64,000 bases of DNA from Shigella phage KRT47. Position numbers and translations under genes: made by a program. Position 1 is the stretch's first letter; every line of letters begins with the position of its first letter. The stretch lies in the sequence record MN781580; one strand, 5' to 3'. Under the pieces are notes generated by a model. That model was given only the letters and a program-made list of their open reading frames with translations. It was not told the origin of the DNA and did not search any database. This document shows positions 28,706 to 39,336 of the stretch, in pieces.

Positions 28706-29074
28706 TTAATTACCAATCGTATATTTAGGAACGAGTTTCCATTCATGTTTTTGTTTAAAAGAAATAACTCGGAAGTTATTAGTTAAATCTTTCATAAAAG
28801 TTCTTTGACCAGGAACGATTTCAATCAGTCCCCAATCTTCTAACAGCCATGCAATCGAATCACGACGAACTTCATCTTCTTCTGTCATTTCAACTTGACG
28901 GCCATCCATACGAAGCATTTCTTTAAAATGAACGATATAGTATAGTCCTTTTTTCTGAAGAATATGACAGGACTGATACAGAACTTTATCTTTATTATTA
29001 GCAATTCCCATACGAGTCAAAGTTTCTTTTACTTTCAGAAAATCTTCAGGTTTTTTAAGAGTAATTTCAATCAT
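28706..29074 (-). CDS. regA: RegA translational repressor, 122 aa
   Basis: 122 aa; sequence matches T4 RegA as recalled. Confidence 0.8.
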   Translation of the reverse strand: MIEITLKKPEDFLKVKETLTRMGIANNKDKVLYQSCHILQKKGLYYIVHFKEMLRMDGRQVEMTEEDEVRRDSIAWLLEDWGLIEIVPGQRTFMKDLTNNFRVISFKQKHEWKLVPKYTIGN

Positions 29075-29075
29075 T

Positions 29076-29639
29076 TTACCATTCCAATGCTAGTTTTTTG
29101 AGTTGTTTCTGTTCTTTTACGTTCTTAGTCACTTCTTTTAAAAAATCATCCGTGACTAATCCTTTAAGTTCTTTTAATACTAAAGGTAGTTTTCCATTTT
29201 TAGTAAGAATTGATTTATAGTTAATTGCATCATTTGTATTAACTTGATACCGCTTAGCAAGTAACTTAATAATCAATACTTCGGTGGAATCTTCAACTAG
29301 TTTTGCCCATTTACCATATCTTTTACCACGAGGAACTGCAGCCATTAGATAATTAAAATGAGCTTCATCACTTAAGCCTGATCCAATTAAATTCATAGCA
29401 TATACAGCTGGCATGCACTCTGGAAATTGTGATAATGCATTTTCAACCATGAATTTTGAATAATCTTTTTGAGCAATAGAGCATTTAGTTTTATTATTGA
29501 TAGCTCCAATTATTTCAAAAAATTCATTTTCAGCTTTTTCTTTAAAAGAATCAGCAGCAGATTGGACAGCTGTCCAATCTTTTGAATACCAAGCAACTTG
29601 ATGCTCGTTTAATTGAATATCATCTTCAAATAAGCTCAT
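29076..29639 (-). CDS. 62: Clamp-loader small subunit, 187 aa
   Basis: ATG at 29637-29639 gives [10 protein letters not shown]...; track extends to an upstream start overlapping gene 44. Confidence 0.8.
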   Translation of the reverse strand: MSLFEDDIQLNEHQVAWYSKDWTAVQSAADSFKEKAENEFFEIIGAINNKTKCSIAQKDYSKFMVENALSQFPECMPAVYAMNLIGSGLSDEAHFNYLMAAVPRGKRYGKWAKLVEDSTEVLIIKLLAKRYQVNTNDAINYKSILTKNGKLPLVLKELKGLVTDDFLKEVTKNVKEQKQLKKLALEW

Positions 29640-29640
29640 A

Positions 29641-30600
29641 TCACTTCCACTGCATTTCACATGCTAATTGAATGAAAAGATAAGCTAGATGCAATTCAGT
29701 ATTAGCTGCAATACCATGATACTGATTATTTTCGCCGACAATTTCGTACATACGAATAATACTCTGTGGAGTTACACGTGAATAGATTTCTTCGGCAAGT
29801 TTACCAACAAACCAAGAATAATCTGCTGCATATTTTGGTGCTAAAGCTCTGAGTTGTTTAACATCTTTATTTTTGAGAGACTCAAGAACATCATCAATAG
29901 CACCACGATCGTTAGTAACCAGTGATAAAATACCAGCATCCAAAACACCTTTAGATGAATAACTATCGAGCTCGCCAATAGTTTTACGAAAATCAGGAAA
30001 ATTCTTTTTAACCAAAGCTGCTACAACTTTCATATCAGCTATAGCAATTCCTTCATGCTTGCAGATTTCAGTCAATCGACGAATCATCTGCTTCATCATT
30101 TCAATTTTATCTTCATCGGTCGGTTGACCGAACGTAATAACTCGGCAGCGTGACTGAAGCGGTTTAATAATACCATCAATATTGTTAGCAGTAATAATAA
30201 TACTACAGTTTGAACTATAAGCTTCCATAAAGGAACGAAGATGTCGCTGAGACTCTGCTAATCCTGAGCGGTCAAATTCATCAATAACGATTACTTTTTG
30301 ACGACCATCAAATGAAGCGGCGCTGGCAAAATTAGTCAAAGGACCACGAACGAAATCAATTTTACAATCTGATCCATTCACAAACATCATATCAGCATTT
30401 ACATCATGACACAATGCTTTTGCTACAGTTGTTTTACCTGTTCCTGGAGAAGGAGAATGAAGAATAATATGTGGAATCTTACCTTTACTTGTAATAGATT
30501 TAAAGGTTTCTTTATCAAAGGCGGGAAGAATACATTCATCGATAGTAGATGGACGATATTTCTGTTCAAGAATGTGTTCTTTTTCATTTACGGTAATCAT
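29641..30600 (-). CDS. 44: Clamp-loader ATPase subunit (AAA+), 319 aa
   Basis: Walker [11 protein letters not shown], Walker B VIVIDEFD; ATG at 30598-30600 with GAGGAAA SD. Confidence 0.9.
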
Positions 30601-30634
30601 AATTTCCTCATTCAAGTTTTAGTGTAAATTATAA

Positions 30635-30648
30635 AGGGCCGAAGCCCT
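30635..30648 (-). terminator. Stem-loop with UUCG tetraloop after gene 45
   Basis: Plus-strand agggc-cgaa-gccct. Confidence 0.5.
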
Positions 30649-30651
30649 CTA

Positions 30652-31338
30652 TTAAAAATCGTGGGTAGAATCAGCTTCAAGAGCTACTACATAATTCGCG
30701 TGTTCACCTTCAAATTTAGCAGCGCCTTGTTTACCTTTTGCCCAGAGCAGAAGTTTATAATTTCCTGGTTGCATTTTCATATTTGCCATATTGATAATGA
30801 AATTAAATGTATTTTCACCATCATAATCACCAAGAGTCAAAGAATATTTAACACGGGTAAGAGCAGAATCTTCTACTTTATTAAAACCATTAATTACGAT
30901 TTTACCTTCTTTTACCGTGATAGCAATTGTATCAATTTGCAGACCACGAGATACACGCAACAGCTGTTGAAGGTCTTCAGCTTTAATTTCAGTAACAACA
31001 GATGCTACCGGGAATGGAATTGGTTTATTAGGAGCAACTACTGTACTCGGATCGGCTGCTGGCCAAAAAATTGTTGAACGAGCATCAGCAATTTTAATAT
31101 TTCCATCTTCTGACTGGGAAATTTCTGCATCATCATTAACTAGAGACAGAATACCGAGAAAACCGTTCAAATCGTAAATTGCTACATCGAAATCAATAAC
31201 GTCAGAAATATTTGCTTCCGCATAAGTTGTACCATTAACTGCACGAGTCATAATAAATTGACCTGATTTAAGCATAATGCCAGAGTTAATAGTAGCGAAA
31301 TTTTTAAGCAGAGCAGTAGTATCTTTAGACAGTTTCAT
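30652..31338 (-). CDS. 45: Sliding clamp, 228 aa
   Basis: 228 aa; sequence consistent with T4 gp45. Confidence 0.9.
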   Translation of the reverse strand: MKLSKDTTALLKNFATINSGIMLKSGQFIMTRAVNGTTYAEANISDVIDFDVAIYDLNGFLGILSLVNDDAEISQSEDGNIKIADARSTIFWPAADPSTVVAPNKPIPFPVASVVTEIKAEDLQQLLRVSRGLQIDTIAITVKEGKIVINGFNKVEDSALTRVKYSLTLGDYDGENTFNFIINMANMKMQPGNYKLLLWAKGKQGAAKFEGEHANYVVALEADSTHDF

Positions 31339-31393
31339 GTAATTTCCTTCAATTCAAATGAGATTTAATTTTATAACTAATTTAATAAAGCAA

Positions 31394-31783
31394 TTAACGA
31401 TTAAAATCAGCCGCAATTGTTTCCGCAACAATTTGTGCAGCAACAATTAGACGTTCATCTGCATTACCGCAATAATCATCTTCAAGGCGTTCACCACATG
31501 AAGTCATAATAAATTTAGCACCGGCGTTTAGGGATTCTGTAGTATGTTTGCGCATTAGTTCAATCCATTTATTACTTACTTCACGATCGATAGCTTCATA
31601 ATACGCATGACGAGCAGGTGCAGATTTAATTTTGTTCTGAATAACTTCCATTGCGTTATCAGAAAGAGACAAAACCCATGCTCGACGGATTTTATTTTGG
31701 TTTTGTGGATTTGATTCAGAACGCACGTGTTTTGGCTGAATATCTTTTACATCAACAGTATAATTCACAGTAATTTTAGTCAT
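31394..31783 (-). CDS. RNA polymerase-binding protein RpbA-like, 129 aa
   Basis: 129 aa at the T4 rpbA position; identity by synteny and size. Confidence 0.5.
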
Positions 31784-31792
31784 AATACACCT

Positions 31793-31981
31793 TTAGTCAT
31801 AATAATCAGTAACAGTCCAAGCTTCATTTCTATTGGACATTATTTTTGTATATTCTGCTTTAAATGCATTCCTAAGCATAGATTCAGTAACTATATGCTC
31901 TTCATTAGAAAAATTATTTCTCAGAATATATCGTTTTATTTCAGGAATAGTTAATAGATGCTGTCCAGTTGAATATTCCAT
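31793..31981 (-). CDS. Small hypothetical protein, 62 aa
   Basis: ATG at 31979-31981 with GGAGGA SD. Confidence 0.5.
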   Translation of the reverse strand: MEYSTGQHLLTIPEIKRYILRNNFSNEEHIVTESMLRNAFKAEYTKIMSNRNEAWTVTDYYD

Positions 31982-32036
31982 GTTTTTCCTCCATAGAGAT
32001 TATACTCTAATAAATTAAAGCATAATCTCTTATAAA

Positions 32037-33719
32037 TTAAACCATTACAGTAAATCGACCAACTTTCTTCATTTGAAGGTGCTGACCATATGCTTGTGGG
32101 TCATGGTCTCTATGCGAAATAACAAAAACATTAGTATTTTTTAAACTATCTAAAATAGTTGAAATAGCTTTTACACCTTCAACATCGGTCGCTGAATCAA
32201 AAACTTCGTCAAGAATTAACGTGTTTATTTTAACACCTGAAACTTTTTCAGCAATATCACGCCAAGTAAATAAAAGAGCAATATCAATTCGTGCTTTTTC
32301 ACCTTGACTGAATGAAGCATAACTAAAATCTTCACGACCACGGGATTTAATTGTCTCATTAAATTCTTCATCTAATGTAAACACATAATCCGCTTCCATT
32401 ATTTTAAGATAATGGTTAATCTGCTTATTAAATAATGGAATGTACTTTTTAATAATAGCACCTTTAATACCAGAATCTTTGAGCATATCAGTCAAAATTC
32501 CTCTGTGGTATTTTTCCATTACTAAATTAGTTTTTGTCTTAACAATTTTATCAAGTTCTTCTTGAAGCAGTGCTATTTCATCAGCATGGTCAATAAACTC
32601 AGAAGATGCTTTTTCTATAGCCGCTTTAACTTTTTTAGCTTTATCTACTGTCGTGATTAGAGATTGCTTTTTATTGCGAATATCATTTGCCAACGACTGC
32701 TGTGTTTTAATATTATCTCTGTATTCATCAACAAGAACTTTTAAATTATCACGATGTGTTGAAAGCTGTTCAAACGAATGCGTACATTCAGAAACTTTAT
32801 CTTTAATTTTAGAAACAACTTTATCACCTGAACTTAATTGTGACAAGCAGGTTGGACATAATCCACCTTCGTGATACATATTAATGACTTTATTATACGA
32901 GTCAATTTTTGATTTAATTAAAACTGCTTCTTGACCGATTTTATTAAATGCATCAGTCGGGTCTTCATCTAAAACAATATTAACTAATCTTTCGTTAGCT
33001 TCTTCTATTTCCGATTTTAGCGTTCTAGCTTCTTTTGCCAAATCATCATACATATTTTGCAGACGAGTAAGGTTGTCACCAGTTAATTTTTTCTGGCGTT
33101 CAACGTTATCATTATATATTTTAATTTGTTGGATAATACTATCTTTTTTAACATCAAGCACTTGGTTTTGTGAATTTAATTCACGTATTAGCGCTTTATT
33201 AAGCTTATCCATTTCAGCTAATGTTCCTACCTCAAGCAGGTCTTCCACAAGCTTTCTTCGTGCAGGGGTCGACAAACCCATGAAAGGGGTATACCCTGCT
33301 GTACCAAGGACAACAATCTGCTTGAAACTGGCATATGACATTCCGATAAGCTGTTCAAATTCTGCTTGGAAATCTTTACTGCTGGCAGATTCATTAAGAC
33401 GTGTACCGTTAACGGTGATTTCGAAAACGTTTGGTTTTTGTCCTCTTTTGATATAATACTTTTTCTCATCATATTCCATCCACAGTTCAACTAAAAGTTC
33501 TTTCTTATTTGTGCTGTTTATTAATTGACCTTTCTTTACATCACGAAATGGCTTGCCAAAAAGCCCAAATGTGATGGCTTCTAACATAGTAGACTTACCA
33601 CCGCCATTTCGGCCAGTAATAAGAGTTTTTTGAACCTTATCTAATTGAATGTCAATAGGATTTCCACCTACTGACATTATATTTTGATACCTAACTCGGT
33701 TTAGTTTAAAATTCTTCAC
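32037..33719 (-). CDS. 46: Recombination nuclease ATPase subunit (Rad50/SbcC-like), 560 aa, GTG start
   Basis: Walker A GRNGGGKST, coiled-coil middle with CPTC hook, signature/Walker B at C-terminus; AAGGAA SD before GTG. Confidence 0.9.
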   Translation of the reverse strand: MKNFKLNRVRYQNIMSVGGNPIDIQLDKVQKTLITGRNGGGKSTMLEAITFGLFGKPFRDVKKGQLINSTNKKELLVELWMEYDEKKYYIKRGQKPNVFEITVNGTRLNESASSKDFQAEFEQLIGMSYASFKQIVVLGTAGYTPFMGLSTPARRKLVEDLLEVGTLAEMDKLNKALIRELNSQNQVLDVKKDSIIQQIKIYNDNVERQKKLTGDNLTRLQNMYDDLAKEARTLKSEIEEANERLVNIVLDEDPTDAFNKIGQEAVLIKSKIDSYNKVINMYHEGGLCPTCLSQLSSGDKVVSKIKDKVSECTHSFEQLSTHRDNLKVLVDEYRDNIKTQQSLANDIRNKKQSLITTVDKAKKVKAAIEKASSEFIDHADEIALLQEELDKIVKTKTNLVMEKYHRGILTDMLKDSGIKGAIIKKYIPLFNKQINHYLKIMEADYVFTLDEEFNETIKSRGREDFSYASFSQGEKARIDIALLFTWRDIAEKVSGVKINTLILDEVFDSATDVEGVKAISTILDSLKNTNVFVISHRDHDPQAYGQHLQMKKVGRFTVMV

Positions 33720-33979
33720 AAAAGATTCCTTTTAATGTATCTTTTAGACCATTCTATCATATCATCATAATCTAAAAAGTATTCATCAAATTCAGCCATG
33801 CAAACAACACCTTGTACTGTTTTTGATGTAATATAAATTATTCCAACATATCTGGAATCTTCTTCAGTATAATCAATATTTGCTATGAATTCATCATTAA
33901 TGTCAAATGTCGAAAACTTCACAGTATGCATCCTTAATACAAGATACAGCCATATCTCGTAATGATTTAGGTGTGTCAT
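33716..33979 (-). CDS. Small hypothetical protein, up to 87 aa (start uncertain)
   Basis: ORF between genes 47 and 46; 77-nt overlap with the upstream ORF; no convincing SD. Confidence 0.4.
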   Translation of the reverse strand: MTHLNHYEIWLYLVLRMHTVKFSTFDINDEFIANIDYTEEDSRYVGIIYITSKTVQGVVCMAEFDEYFLDYDDMIEWSKRYIKRNLL

Positions 33980-34166
33980 TATCTAAAATGTTGAAGTTAA
34001 AAGATACAGCCCAGTCAGTGCAGACTGTAACCTTTTTAATACAATTATCTTCAACTTCTAGCGGTTCAAACCAATATTCAATAATTTCTTTATGCCCAAT
34101 ATCATCTTTTACTTCGCATTCAAAATGCTGACTCATCATAACATTTTTAAATTCATCAAAAGTCAT
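33903..34166 (-). CDS. Small hypothetical protein, 87 aa
   Basis: ATG at 34164-34166, ATGA overlap with gene 47 stop. Confidence 0.45.
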   Translation of the reverse strand: MTFDEFKNVMMSQHFECEVKDDIGHKEIIEYWFEPLEVEDNCIKKVTVCTDWAVSFNFNILDNDTPKSLRDMAVSCIKDAYCEVFDI

Positions 34167-35182
34167 TGTGTTGCCTCTACATATAGCTGATTCGCATATT
34201 GAATAAGTGCTTCACGGTCAGAATCAGTGATGTCTGGAATTGCATTAATGTATTCTTCCATTAACGTCTGAAGAGATTGAACTTCAACTTCTTCACTGTC
34301 ATCTGACTCGACAGAGTTATCAATTTTTGACACAACTCGTAATGAATGCACAACTTTTTCTAGTTCAGATTCGAACTTCGTCAGATTTTTGTCTACCTCA
34401 GTTACTATAACACGTACTGATAGATTTGTAAAATCTTTATAGTCAATTTTTCCTTTAAATGGATAATGAATTCTACGATGCCAGGTAGTATTGTTTGGAA
34501 TAAATTCCATTCGTTCTGTTTCTGTATCAAACATCCAGAACCCGCGAGGGTCATTCTCGTCACCTGCAGTTAGTGTCCATGGTGTCCCAATATATCTGAC
34601 GTTTGCAGCCTCAGAAATAGTATGGAAGTGACCAGACCACACCTCTTTATAAGTCTTAAGGAAATCAGGTTCAAGACCGTGAGATTTCATTCCTTTATAA
34701 AAATAAAATCCATTCAGTTCCCAGTGACCAACACAAAAAGAAGCAGAAGAAGTTTTTATGTGCTCGAGAATTTCACCAGTATTTTCTTCACACATCCAAG
34801 GAATTAAATCAATTAAACATCCGTCAAAATCTACTGTAGTAGGCTTATCATATACTTTAACATTAGGATATTTAGCCAAAAGCTCAGTAGAGGCATTTGG
34901 AGTTAAAGTATTTTTAAAGTGCATATCATGGTTTCCTACAACAGTATGCAGGGTAATACCAGCATCATCAAGCATTTGAACTATTTCACGAGCGAACTCC
35001 ATAGTTTTATGTGTGATTGCTTTTCGCACATCAAAAATATCACCATATTGAATCCAGGTAGTAATTCCATTTTTCTTAGAATATTCTATTGCTTGTTTAA
35101 TTCCATCTAACTGAATGGATTGAACCCACTCATCATCGGCTTTAACGCCTAAATGCCAATCACCTAAATTTAAAATTTTCAT
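34163..35182 (-). CDS. 47: Recombination nuclease subunit (Mre11/SbcD-like phosphoesterase), 339 aa
   Basis: GDWHLG and GNHD metallophosphatase motifs; 339 aa. Confidence 0.9.
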   Translation of the reverse strand: MKILNLGDWHLGVKADDEWVQSIQLDGIKQAIEYSKKNGITTWIQYGDIFDVRKAITHKTMEFAREIVQMLDDAGITLHTVVGNHDMHFKNTLTPNASTELLAKYPNVKVYDKPTTVDFDGCLIDLIPWMCEENTGEILEHIKTSSASFCVGHWELNGFYFYKGMKSHGLEPDFLKTYKEVWSGHFHTISEAANVRYIGTPWTLTAGDENDPRGFWMFDTETERMEFIPNNTTWHRRIHYPFKGKIDYKDFTNLSVRVIVTEVDKNLTKFESELEKVVHSLRVVSKIDNSVESDDSEEVEVQSLQTLMEEYINAIPDITDSDREALIQYANQLYVEATQ

Positions 35183-35319
35183 ATATCAAGAACCGTCATT
35201 GAAATGCAAAATAAAATTATTGAAATAAATCCATCTGGAGTGCTAAAGAACCCAATCCAGCATGCTCTAGTGAATAGATAAAATGCAAGAAAAAGTATCA
35301 CATATCCAAGAAATATCAT
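35179..35319 (-). CDS. Small membrane peptide, 46 aa (not in ORF track)
   Basis: Hand-translated MIFLGYVILFLAFYLF...; GGAG SD; ATGA overlap with gene 47 start. Confidence 0.4.
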   Translation of the reverse strand: MIFLGYVILFLAFYLFTRACWIGFFSTPDGFISIILFCISMTVLDI

Positions 35320-35342
35320 TATATCAAACTCCGTATAAAGCT

Positions 35343-35360
35343 AAAGGGCCGAAGCCCTTT
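35343..35360 (-). terminator. Stem-loop with UUCG tetraloop at the alpha-gt stop
   Basis: Plus-strand aaagggc-cgaa-gcccttt. Confidence 0.5.
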
Positions 35361-36561
35361 ATTTTGTAATAATGTCAAACTGTTCTTTAAAGCAGAAGCT
35401 TGAATCTTGATGCTGATACAAAAATTCATATGCTTTTTCTCGCTCACGGTCATAAAGAGTTCGGTCAGATGACAGTTCTTTAATACGTTCAAATGTTGAT
35501 TCCATATCATTTTCATCAAACCAAATGATACCGCTATCATGCGAGGTCAAAGGAGTATTATCAACACGGAATTTTAAATTTTCGCCAGTAGATTTCCAAA
35601 ATACCGGAATTGTTCCACATGCACCAAGCTCGAGATGAGTATATTCTAAAGAACGTTGTAGATATTTTTTATCCAACTTACTCAGCTGATAACCAAATCC
35701 GGATTTACTCATGCGTTCAAGCATTTCGCTATTTACATAACGGTCGAGAATTTGCGTTGGCAAATTAGGAGCAATTTTAATTTGGTCTACTTGATGAAGA
35801 CGATAATACTCGTATGGAATTCCTTTTTCTTTAATAGGAATGAACGCTGGAGAACGTTCCAGACCTTCCATAATAGTACTTAGTCCTGCAGGTTTAAGAT
35901 GTTTTTCGTGAAAATCAAACATCTGATAAAAACCTTTCCATGTAGTCGTACGACCAATCCAACGGTTGATATTCATGTTAATTTCAGAAACATCTTTCCA
36001 GTAGGTTGATCGAACCTTCGCAATATCCATAGGAGGCTGAAAGTTATATATGGTCGGTGCTTCTTCAATATCATCAAACAGAGAAACAGTTTCTGGATAC
36101 CACTCTTTCATCAGAACTTTATTAAAATCACCATTATCAGAATGGCTAAAAATAACATCAGCTCGACGAACAGTTTCTTCTAATCCCAAATTTCGACGCA
36201 AAGAAAGAGAAGAATGGTCATGCTGATAAACTACAACACGAACCGAAGGTTTAATGTTATCAATAATTTTTTTATAGTTATTAATAGTGTCTTCTTCAAC
36301 CGAAGTAGCAGGAACTGAATTGATAATTAGAATATCACAATCATTTACCAGCTTAAGTGTTTTATCATATTCTTTTGCCAATAAAACCGGAATTGAAAAT
36401 GATTTATAATCATGCGCGCAATTACGAGTAAATGATTTATCTTTAGCATAAACCAAAGTCACTTCATGACCATTTTTAATAAACCAATCACGTTGCTCGA
36501 GTGAGAATTTTGTTACACCACAACCTTCAAGACCTCGAGCCATAAAAATACATACTTTCAT
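35359..36561 (-). CDS. a-gt: DNA alpha-glucosyltransferase, 400 aa
   Basis: 400 aa; N-terminus MKVCIFMARGLEGCGVTKF... close to T4 alpha-gt as recalled. Confidence 0.85.
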   Translation of the reverse strand: MKVCIFMARGLEGCGVTKFSLEQRDWFIKNGHEVTLVYAKDKSFTRNCAHDYKSFSIPVLLAKEYDKTLKLVNDCDILIINSVPATSVEEDTINNYKKIIDNIKPSVRVVVYQHDHSSLSLRRNLGLEETVRRADVIFSHSDNGDFNKVLMKEWYPETVSLFDDIEEAPTIYNFQPPMDIAKVRSTYWKDVSEINMNINRWIGRTTTWKGFYQMFDFHEKHLKPAGLSTIMEGLERSPAFIPIKEKGIPYEYYRLHQVDQIKIAPNLPTQILDRYVNSEMLERMSKSGFGYQLSKLDKKYLQRSLEYTHLELGACGTIPVFWKSTGENLKFRVDNTPLTSHDSGIIWFDENDMESTFERIKELSSDRTLYDREREKAYEFLYQHQDSSFCFKEQFDIITK

Positions 36562-36612
36562 TTAATATCCTCTTTGTTTTGGTTTATTTTACCAAAAATT
36601 TATAAAGCAATA

Positions 36613-36630
36613 TAGGAGCCGAAGCTCCTA
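36613..36630 (-). terminator. Stem-loop with UUCG tetraloop
   Basis: Plus-strand taggagc-cgaa-gctccta upstream of alpha-gt. Confidence 0.45.
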
Positions 36631-36804
36631 TCCGCATAATACGCCATACAGAGGCTCGTTAGAACTTTTAAATTTTATGCGCTTATATTTTATAGTTCCT
36701 TCTGCTTTAGCTTTATCATGAGACTCTTTAAAGCGTCTCATCATTTCTACTTTAGAGGAACGAATTTTATTATAATCTATTTCAGAAGTCTGGGTGTTCA
36801 TCTT

Positions 36805-37008
36805 TCATAACTGCCACCATTTTTTGACTTGATAAGAATCAACCCACACTTTCATATTAGGGTCTGCTCTTACAATAGGAGGATTAACTTCTTTAATTGA
36901 ACTATCATGGTATTCTTTTTCAGAAATTTTCACACAAAGATGACCATTCAAAGATTCAGTAAATCCTGCATTAATTTTAAGACGCTTGAATTTTACGTGT
37001 GTAAGCAT
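36805..37008 (-). CDS. Small hypothetical protein, 67 aa
   Basis: ATG at 37006-37008. Confidence 0.45.
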   Translation of the reverse strand: MLTHVKFKRLKINAGFTESLNGHLCVKISEKEYHDSSIKEVNPPIVRADPNMKVWVDSYQVKKWWQL

Positions 37009-37294
37009 CAATCATATCCTCAATTTGCGATCTAGTAGTCTTCCAAAGAATACTGATGAGTTCATCGTTATATGGCTGTTTTAGAATATCCCGACTTTTC
37101 TTGATAGCATATTCGTATTGAGCAAAATTATTATTTTCAGCTGCGATCTGAGCGTGCTTATAAAGACGATTCAGTTCGCGTTTGTTTTTAGACAATAACT
37201 TATTTGCTTTTCTTTCTGCTTCAAGACGGTTCTTTTCTTCAATAGAAGAAATAAGCTTTTCCACTTCATCATTAATTTCGGGTTTATCAGTCAT
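36977..37294 (-). CDS. Hypothetical helical protein, 105 aa
   Basis: ATG at 37292-37294. Confidence 0.5.
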   Translation of the reverse strand: MTDKPEINDEVEKLISSIEEKNRLEAERKANKLLSKNKRELNRLYKHAQIAAENNNFAQYEYAIKKSRDILKQPYNDELISILWKTTRSQIEDMIDAYTRKIQAS

Positions 37295-37295
37295 A

Positions 37296-37514
37296 TTATT
37301 TCTCTAATATAAAATAAAAATCATCATCTGTTAAATGATACCGATAGTTTAATTCTACACCATTAGATTTAAAAGCGGTATCATACGGATTTTCTGGATC
37401 AATATCAATGTCAAGAGCTAAAACTTCCCTGAGATACATTTTAAGTAAATAGGGAATAGCTTCAACTTCAGGTATTTCTTCCAAGAATCCGGAGAGGTTA
37501 ATCGTTAGCCTCAT
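37296..37514 (-). CDS. Small acidic hypothetical protein, 72 aa
   Basis: ATG at 37512-37514. Confidence 0.45.
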
Positions 37515-38055
37515 ATAAAAAATCCAAACTAGGAGAATCGTCTACAACACTTTTCTTTTCAGCCCCCGGTGTTCTATAGGTTGATTCTTCGTAATGCGTC
37601 ATTTTATCATAGATGTCTTGAATAAAAGTTTCATCTACTAACGCAACCATATCGTCGTCACGACTGTCATAGACATTGTGAACGAAGTAACTATATTTCT
37701 TTGCAACTTCCTTACGTTCTTTTTTAATACGTTGGACGAATGCATTAAAACAAGCTTGAGTTATATACGCATGTGGGTTTTTATATTTCGTTTCATCAAA
37801 ATTATGAAGCCCCTTAATAGAAGCTTCTATACCATCTGCAATCATTTCTTGTTTCCAAGACTGGGTGTATCCTGAAAAGTTGAAACGTTTAGATAAGCCT
37901 TCTGCAATAAGCATAATGGCTAATCCGATAGTATCATTCTGACGAACTACTTTATTTGGGTCTTTATTATTTGCTAATTCTGTTTTCCAATCAATAATAG
38001 CTTGTAAAAGCTCTTTATTGTTTACGTAATTATATTTAGGCTTAGTTTCTGACAT
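37498..38055 (-). CDS. 55: Late-transcription sigma factor, 185 aa
   Basis: [24 protein letters not shown]... matches T4 gp55 as recalled; AAGAGGTGA SD before ATG at 38053-38055. Confidence 0.85.
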
Positions 38056-38133
38056 TTTCACCTCTTAGCTCAATTCATAGATCTATTATATCATAATATT
38101 TGAAGATCTATCTTAAAGCATAGAGGATATCAG

Positions 38134-38403
38134 TTATCTAAGTAAACAGTATGCTTGGAACACTTTCTCCATCATCTTTTTAAATTCATGAATATCTATG
38201 TAATGACTAGTTAAATCAGCATGATATAAAAAGTCTAAAAACTTTTCATGTGTGCTAACATATTCGCTTTCATTTAATTCAGAAACATGGCTTTCCCAAT
38301 ATCCAACACCAGTCTTATTTGGGAAAAATGAAATTTTCATGTATTGGTCAACATAGAAAATGCCATAATTTTCAATAGTAATAGAAATATTAATAAATTT
38401 CAT
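38134..38403 (-). CDS. Hypothetical protein, 89 aa
   Basis: ATG at 38401-38403. Confidence 0.45.
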   Translation of the reverse strand: MKFINISITIENYGIFYVDQYMKISFFPNKTGVGYWESHVSELNESEYVSTHEKFLDFLYHADLTSHYIDIHEFKKMMEKVFQAYCLLR

Positions 38404-38621
38404 ACATTCATCAACTTAGCCGCTCCAAGAGCTGCATCTAGTGAATCAAATTGATCAACATATTCAATCAATTCGCCGTAATTGGCATATAACCACCATT
38501 GGCTAAATTCATACTCAAGGATGAATCCATTTCCTTCAATTTGAGTTAAACCAATGCCATTTGTATTTACTTCATACCCAGCAAGACGTAAATCGTTAAT
38601 AAGAGCTTCGTTCATATTCAT
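38400..38621 (-). CDS. Hypothetical protein, 73 aa
   Basis: ATG at 38619-38621. Confidence 0.45.
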   Translation of the reverse strand: MNMNEALINDLRLAGYEVNTNGIGLTQIEGNGFILEYEFSQWWLYANYGELIEYVDQFDSLDAALGAAKLMNV

Positions 38622-38944
38622 ACCTTAGCAATTTTCAGGTCAGCAAATTTTTTCTTGCGTTGGTTTTTCATACGACGAATAGTTTTATCGGAAATTTCAT
38701 GCTTTTGATAAGCTTTAGATTCTACACCAAAAGCTTTAACATCAAATTCTGACAAGATATATTGAACCAACAATTCACGGACAGTATTGCGCCCAATTTT
38801 CTGATCATTCTGTTTCATCGTCTGATGAAGCTCTTTTTCCCATTTATCCAAAATTTGAGGAGTTACAATATCGCCTTTTTCTAGCAAAGAAACTACTTTA
38901 TCATATGCATAAGAATTGATGGCGTTTTTAATTTGAATAGTCAT
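38618..38944 (-). CDS. Hypothetical basic protein, 108 aa
   Basis: ATG at 38942-38944. Confidence 0.5.
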   Translation of the reverse strand: MTIQIKNAINSYAYDKVVSLLEKGDIVTPQILDKWEKELHQTMKQNDQKIGRNTVRELLVQYILSEFDVKAFGVESKAYQKHEISDKTIRRMKNQRKKKFADLKIAKV

Positions 38945-38982
38945 ACATTATCCTCAATTACATTAAAATTTTATTATCCAAA

Positions 38983-38998
38983 AAGGGCCGAAGCCCTT
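38983..38998 (-). terminator. Stem-loop with UUCG tetraloop
   Basis: Plus-strand aagggc-cgaa-gccctt. Confidence 0.45.
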
Positions 38999-39197
38999 AG
39001 CTAAACTGTTTGGCACCCTTCCAGCCTTCGTACATCATTGCGGCTGATATTAATATTGCTCCTGCGCATTTTGAATATTTGTGATTCCAAAACCAGTTTA
39101 GAAAAACTTCGTCATCAATACCTTGGGCTATCATATTTTCAAAGAACTGACGACGAGCTTCAGCAATTCGTTGCGATAATTTAGATTCGGGATTCAT
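38997..39197 (-). CDS. Small hypothetical protein, 66 aa
   Basis: ATG at 39195-39197. Confidence 0.45.
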   Translation of the reverse strand: MNPESKLSQRIAEARRQFFENMIAQGIDDEVFLNWFWNHKYSKCAGAILISAAMMYEGWKGAKQFS

Positions 39198-39329
39198 TTA
39201 AATTTTCCAGTTACCGTTTTCATCAATAAATTTAATCCAGTCATTTACTGACCACTTAGTCGTATCGCCTTTTGGAGCAACATTTAAAGTGTATAACCCC
39301 TGCTTAAAAAGCATTCGTTTGATATTCAT
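39198..39329 (-). CDS. Small hypothetical protein, about 43 aa
   Basis: ATG at 39327-39329 with SD; track ORF extends upstream into the neighbouring gene. Confidence 0.4.
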   Translation of the reverse strand: MNIKRMLFKQGLYTLNVAPKGDTTKWSVNDWIKFIDENGNWKI

Positions 39330-39336
39330 ATTTTCC

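Noticed and set aside
35319-35540. Minus-strand 73-aa ORF overlapping the 3' end of alpha-gt
   Set aside because: Alternative frame within alpha-gt; a shorter independent 46-aa ORF (35179-35319) with its own SD better explains the region.
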